DNA of 32,000 bases, from the NCBI GenBank assembly GCA_937968065.1, contig CALBUD010000033.1, positions 1-32,000 on the forward strand, given 5' to 3'. The stretch is from Candidatus Iainarchaeum sp. GTDB lineage: Archaea; Iainarchaeota; Iainarchaeia; Iainarchaeales; CSSED10-239. The stretch's first letter is position 1, and every line of letters starts with the position of its first letter. Below, in pieces: positions 30,501 through 32,000 of the stretch. Position numbers and translations under genes: made by a program. Below the pieces are notes generated by a model. It had not been told where the DNA came from. It did no database searches and worked only from the letters and a program-made list of their open reading frames with translations.

Positions 30501-32000
30501 AGCTTGTAGAATCCATGGCACTAAATCCTGTTATACCATAACTCATCTCTTCAGAATCATTTTGATAATCTTCACCAGCTCTTATATGCACTTCTCCTTT
30601 GTATACATTTTCAGGGAAAAGAATATCAAAAACAAGATAATAATCTTTATTTGGTGTTATATAATTTGTTTTAATTCCTTTATCATCTAAAACACTTACA
30701 AAATCAATGATTGGATAATCAGAAGCATTTGTTGCTTTTGAAAGATCTATTCTTAAGTATCCATCTTGTTCAGCATCATCTGAACTAAAGTTAACTGTTG
30801 TTCTATTAAAGTTTTCATCAGTTATCTCTGCAATTAAATCTTTATATCCTTCTGTGTTAAAAACAACTTCTTTTCCTAAAACTAAATCTTCATCATATAA
30901 AACAGTTCCATCTTTTGTTTTTATTAAAAGATTTCCTGAAGTTATTTTATTTCCATTTTCATCATAAAGATCAAGCTTTAATATTTTTGAAGCTCCATCT
31001 ATAACAAAGATAATTTTGTTTTCTCTTAAAGGATCTATCTTTATATCATAATAGTCAAATATCTCTCCAACATATGCATAGACTCTATAAGTTTTATCTA
31101 TCCTTAAAGGAATTCCTAAAGAACCTGTAAGATCTGTTTGAAGAGAAGTGTTATAAGGTATCTCTGTTGTTGTTTCTAGATCTAGATTTATAAGTTCATA
31201 TATCTTTATGTTTGATTTAGAAACTGGCATATTTTTTTCATCAACAACAAAGATGTTTAAAACAGCACTGTTAATAACATCTATTCTTTCTAAAATAAAT
31301 TCTATTTTTGATTCGTTATCTAAGTTAACTATTTTATGTTCACAAAGATAATCTTGTTTACAAGCAGTTACTATTATTTCTGAATTAGAATCTAATCCTT
31401 CAAACTTTACTTGTCCAAGATTATTTGTATTTCCAGAATCTATAACATTATTATTTAAAGAATAAATAGTTACTGAAACATCTTCTAAAGATAAAAAGTT
31501 AGATTTTGATCTTGTCTCGACATCTAAAAAGTTTCCACCAAGTTCTAAAACAACTGTAAAGGTTTCTTCTAAGTTATTCACTCTTATTGAAAGTTCTTCA
31601 TCACTTACATATGTTTTATATCCTTCTTTTTTAACTCTATATGAAATTGTTTCTCCAAAATCAACATATGCAAGAGCTTTTCCATCTATTGTTTTTTGAG
31701 AAGCTATCTCTTCTCCTTGGAAATTAAAAACAGAAACTTCAGCGTCTTCTACAAAATTATTAAAAATATCTAAAACAACAAAAGTAACTTTACTTTTTCC
31801 TTCAAGATAAAGTCTTGAAACATCCATTTCAATTATTTTTTCTTGTTCAAATGAAGTTAGTCTAAAATTTGTTTCTTTAAAGTCTTCATAGTTATCTGCT
31901 TTAACTATAAGTTCTATATCTTTGTTTAATGGAAGTTCTAAAATAATATAATGATCATTATAAATATCAACAACTTCTTCTGAAACAACTTTTTGATTAC
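24532..32000 (-). CDS. Giant (at least 2,488 aa visible, 5' end outside the window) multi-domain surface protein with an internal Cys-rich TM cluster and a ~560-aa C-terminal tail (protein F)
   Basis: The stop is TAA at 24534..24532. The ORF track starts at Met 31827, but I translated the same frame upstream. It is open for all 57 remaining codons to position 32000: ...NQKVVSEEVVDIYNDHYIILELPLNKDIELIVKADNYEDFKETNFRLTSFEQEKIIE-MDVSRLY. No TM or leader precedes that Met, so the true start lies beyond the window.

The architecture is collinear with A, C and D:
- repeats with KKEGYKTY and VESYGYIPYEKEIF;
- double-Cys block DCKGDFCFSH;
- N-x-C strands (IKNNCEQAV, VTNYCAEPV);
- module-M motifs (NSGYCDAYSSSELILKKINEL, SCGRYKVEIDG). 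Confidence 0.9.
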   Translation of the reverse strand, partial: NQKVVSEEVVDIYNDHYIILELPLNKDIELIVKADNYEDFKETNFRLTSFEQEKIIEMDVSRLYLEGKSKVTFVVLDIFNNFVEDAEVSVFNFQGEEIASQKTIDGKALAYVDFGETISYRVKKEGYKTYVSDEELSIRVNNLEETFTVVLELGGNFLDVETRSKSNFLSLEDVSVTIYSLNNNVIDSGNTNNLGQVKFEGLDSNSEIIVTACKQDYLCEHKIVNLDNESKIEFILERIDVINSAVLNIFVVDEKNMPVSKSNIKIYELINLDLETTTEIPYNTSLQTDLTGSLGIPLRIDKTYRVYAYVGEIFDYYDIKIDPLRENKIIFVIDGASKILKLDLYDENGNKITSGNLLIKTKDGTVLYDEDLVLGKEVVFNTEGYKDLIAEITDENFNRTTVNFSSDDAEQDGYLRIDLSKATNASDYPIIDFVSVLDDKGIKTNYITPNKDYYLVFDILFPENVYKGEVHIRAGEDYQNDSEEMSYGITGFSAMDSTSFKYGTTYNPSPLPGRQSIDVLNEGSSQVLNKWLEIKWIDDVSLGNKQIRVKVRAVDLSSTKLKFNYRVLFEENKLYFRDPIDPILNQSYSNNQKEALYADTKEVSINLFDVPLDCKGDFCFSHKFIDDRDNEFSVEDFFAIKDKSYVLETSIFSLKNNQVSLFAEISKTFPLVSLNLFSDSKFENINPDFYTTIFEASREGINVSEGVLKKVYLSFIAKEIGTSYIDLKAKGVLTDQEIYNERISFNVYDNKEMRVIFNPDVFIDYGSRFSIDVFDSVTSTPIDNAFISFYDERGTFISSTKASGTIGRAGRYTIDNKFNVSRVLVVVESYGYIPYEKEIFIVDNSLLTLTPKEIVINFGLDQMISQQFFSLYNNSEYPANNIRFGEPIWIDGPSDIFIDVRGANVINRKNSQNFDVVVTISNNLNFTTAFAYVPIISTIGSREVTTVVPIRINKGLLLNECIEITEHANTFVGLNLKYTPPDIFNTPINNYDYTGINQQQNPLLSPYQTESTYNDYLTSQNYVQNYTGNDNTLVYNDPNYYTYYSSKPITTSESTENTTFYIIKNNCEQAVTFTPQSVLTSSSSNNDLEISLAHMTILPGEEKAYDVIIRNSSNRTRPITYKYNILWHNNFYSISPSTLNVDLIDLSRALMITPDIVNVPMTQLHPQRAAENSARFFIKNIGSVPITDIHVGQTPKMVTSNIEVTPFPLEIGIIEPGKSVPVDLKFKVNIAQSTMENRLITVTGKAMGVNNPIHATTQLIFSISSPNCLKISNKKIDFSLKVGEVRTRNVSVTNYCAEPVSIIGIDKKQDSYFETFGANPLRIIPLSGNNIIYPNQTATYNLELRATALGGSPSMPVILIGSLLTSRLPVTSEDFLVSINIEDLTSDQIRDREVSIISTIPICEDVTQTTSFSRPVISSNLCTENSGYCDAYSSSELILKKINELQSQIKQVSSQAQAKTLNTGCSLVDAQRGFCKISELGGNIRPLEFTFYMQNDSISQDLIRHVLSKSNYDFKNYLIDVNPFKTTEGFSSLGVYAGGNKIFVSNELTSCGRYKVEIDGFVAASPDYIYPERAYYYITVVDYEKTETCEKNIINYLNYLPWDIPLSKNQREGTWLTLFTGDEELSKGLIKGIGKFGSDPDLRYVSGRSEGATRNNFLNISVGNISENENALAKISFNDLRVLETPNPEQINVLLNEKYKLSELGISEDVSRNFINVVSSMFVKNEYLTDVCVSENKDYMLILKVIEAGDLKFTTRNVSLPLNEDLSCTNLKISSSIDEVLRISSTQVPNLSVGFKKGADDSLSETINVNVLKNKEADFFVCVKPESVNNIPELVGKEIEVVANSIYSGEGKIGQRNATSVIKLETCAITPEKLLEETYNIILTEHNKNENKQFPKYASALVDWSAGYNNQDKEALCSSLEKFILSDKYNERLFYEYEKLGCDIKDPSQKTTSKWNKALTNSGTYFATCFGACALCSIGVNAGLSLIPIIGQIALFKGIVFDCGVFACGIPAAGIMMNVMTDGSVVDSIDDFFSRILATEVSPLASTVEVFGNALQKISTLFGGVHAGVSTSKDALFSAKNLAAIDALPATADVVVPGTTTPGTGGTGVAIVNRPRAPSGKMVNHLNNYVKTMSNNYLPNPNTINVNGNLVPGLNINQAQFTFSKPPNVIDNTVKSLLDNPKVVTGSGAAATVNFREISSAQLDDLLEIIGRSKFDGSIQGYPPTMSSQEDIIKYFKGKDTSYLNKLNNYEISRAATPATPGTTPPATIDPNLKAIDATDYDDLLKTFDGHAKTLSDDLAKIDTQIKDLQSKKYTSNRAKKIAQLNKTKSALESSKSQIDDIVTGLRSGTRVGTQVHIPNDVVTKMTNIHSSGKIPLLAKQTRWAKTANFSAGLIRGLGCGILGNVAGNNYLKSSGKTNLNYSIEFLKNMEFKKNVLYVVEMNYIEPLDNEYESRYTIDIIPYTEVNTQDFTSEIVNVDNCSVVLEEQ
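25940..26115 (-). other. Cys-rich transmembrane cluster of F
   Basis: The translation is GTYFATCFGACALCSIGVNAGLSLIPIIGQIALFKGIVFDCGVFACGIPAAGIMMNVM. About 58 residues are mostly hydrophobic, enough for 2-3 helices. Six Cys lie inside them. Confidence 0.7.
28855..29070 (-). other. N/Y/Q/T-rich low-complexity tract in F, at the position homologous to the D tract
   Basis: The translation is YTPPDIFNTPINNYDYTGINQQQNPLLSPYQTESTYNDYLTSQNYVQNYTGNDNTLVYNDPNYYTYYSSKP. It is preceded by NECIEITEH (compare ECIDIPQQ in D). It is followed by FYIIKNNCEQAVTF (compare FTVTNNCLEAVDI in D). Confidence 0.75.
30730..32000 (-). other. Array of carboxypeptidase-regulatory-like/PEGA-like repeats in F, continuing beyond the window (approximate lower bound)
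   Basis: Units such as VTFVVLDIFNNFVEDAEVSVFN...ISYRVKKEGYKTYVS, VSVTIYSLNNNVIDSGNTNNLGQVKFEGL and LNIFVVDEKNMPVSKSNIKIYE. The partly visible unit LIVKADNYEDF lies upstream of Met 31827. Confidence 0.6.

Noticed and set aside
1-32000. Diversity-generating retroelement, CRISPR array, tRNA/rRNA, IS or transposon ends, prophage or integrase signatures
   Set aside because: I looked for a reverse-transcriptase-like ORF, a template/variable repeat pair, regularly spaced direct repeats, cloverleaf-capable GC-rich islands and inverted terminal repeats, and saw none. The non-coding DNA totals about 570 nt and is plain AT-rich spacer. A DGR acting from outside the window cannot be excluded.
1-32000. 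Alternative genetic code (TGA as sense, codes 4/25), considered because of the low GC and the candidate-phylum flavour
   Set aside because: About 10,400 codons are open under the standard code with no in-frame TGA. TGA also terminates ORF E directly in front of T-runs. TGA therefore behaves as a stop.

Overview
The window is AT-rich (about 30% GC by eye, not computed) and almost entirely coding on the minus strand. By my coordinate arithmetic only about 570 nt of 32,000 are non-coding. I found no rRNA, tRNA, CRISPR array, transposase, integrase or recognisable enzyme gene.

It holds six full or near-full ORFs plus the first 25 codons of a seventh at the left edge.

- **Four giant membrane-anchored proteins.** A is 172..7650 (2,492 aa), C is 10645..15456 (1,603 aa) and D is 15486..22511 (2,341 aa). 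F is 24532..>32000, with at least 2,488 codons visible; its frame stays open to the window edge. All four look like collinear paralogs:
  - A, C and D start with a conserved cytoplasmic leader plus signal anchor. F's N-terminus lies outside the window.
  - All four carry an array of ~80-aa carboxypeptidase-regulatory-like/PEGA-like beta-sandwich repeats.
  - All four have a double-Cys block, then beta-sandwich domains with a phi-x-phi-x-N-x-C signature, then divergent C-terminal parts.
- **Protein B** (7673..10561, 962 aa) has a Sec-type signal peptide. It is a paralog of the ~900-aa C-terminal module of A. Parts of that module also occur in D and in the middle of F.
- **Protein E** (22719..24395, 558 aa) starts with a type IV pilin-like (class III) signal peptide.

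Embedded oddities:
- a 77-aa Gly/Ala-rich hydrophobic segment in the middle of A;
- a Cys-rich transmembrane cluster in F;
- a ~130-aa Q/N/Y/G prion-like tract in D, with a shorter one at the homologous position in F;
- a 6 x 15-nt in-frame tandem repeat encoding an acidic (E/D)DET(P/S) tail on C.

Shine-Dalgarno-like motifs (AGGTG, GAGGT, AGGAA, AAGGA) lie 8-10 nt upstream of four starts. Oligo-T tracts follow only three stops, which suggests the units F | E | D-C-B-A | next gene.

My reading is inference, not demonstrated: this is an uncharacterised cell-surface or cell-cell contact locus of a low-GC uncultivated prokaryote. The style resembles DPANN-archaeal or other episymbiont genomes, but the domain of life cannot be settled from this window.
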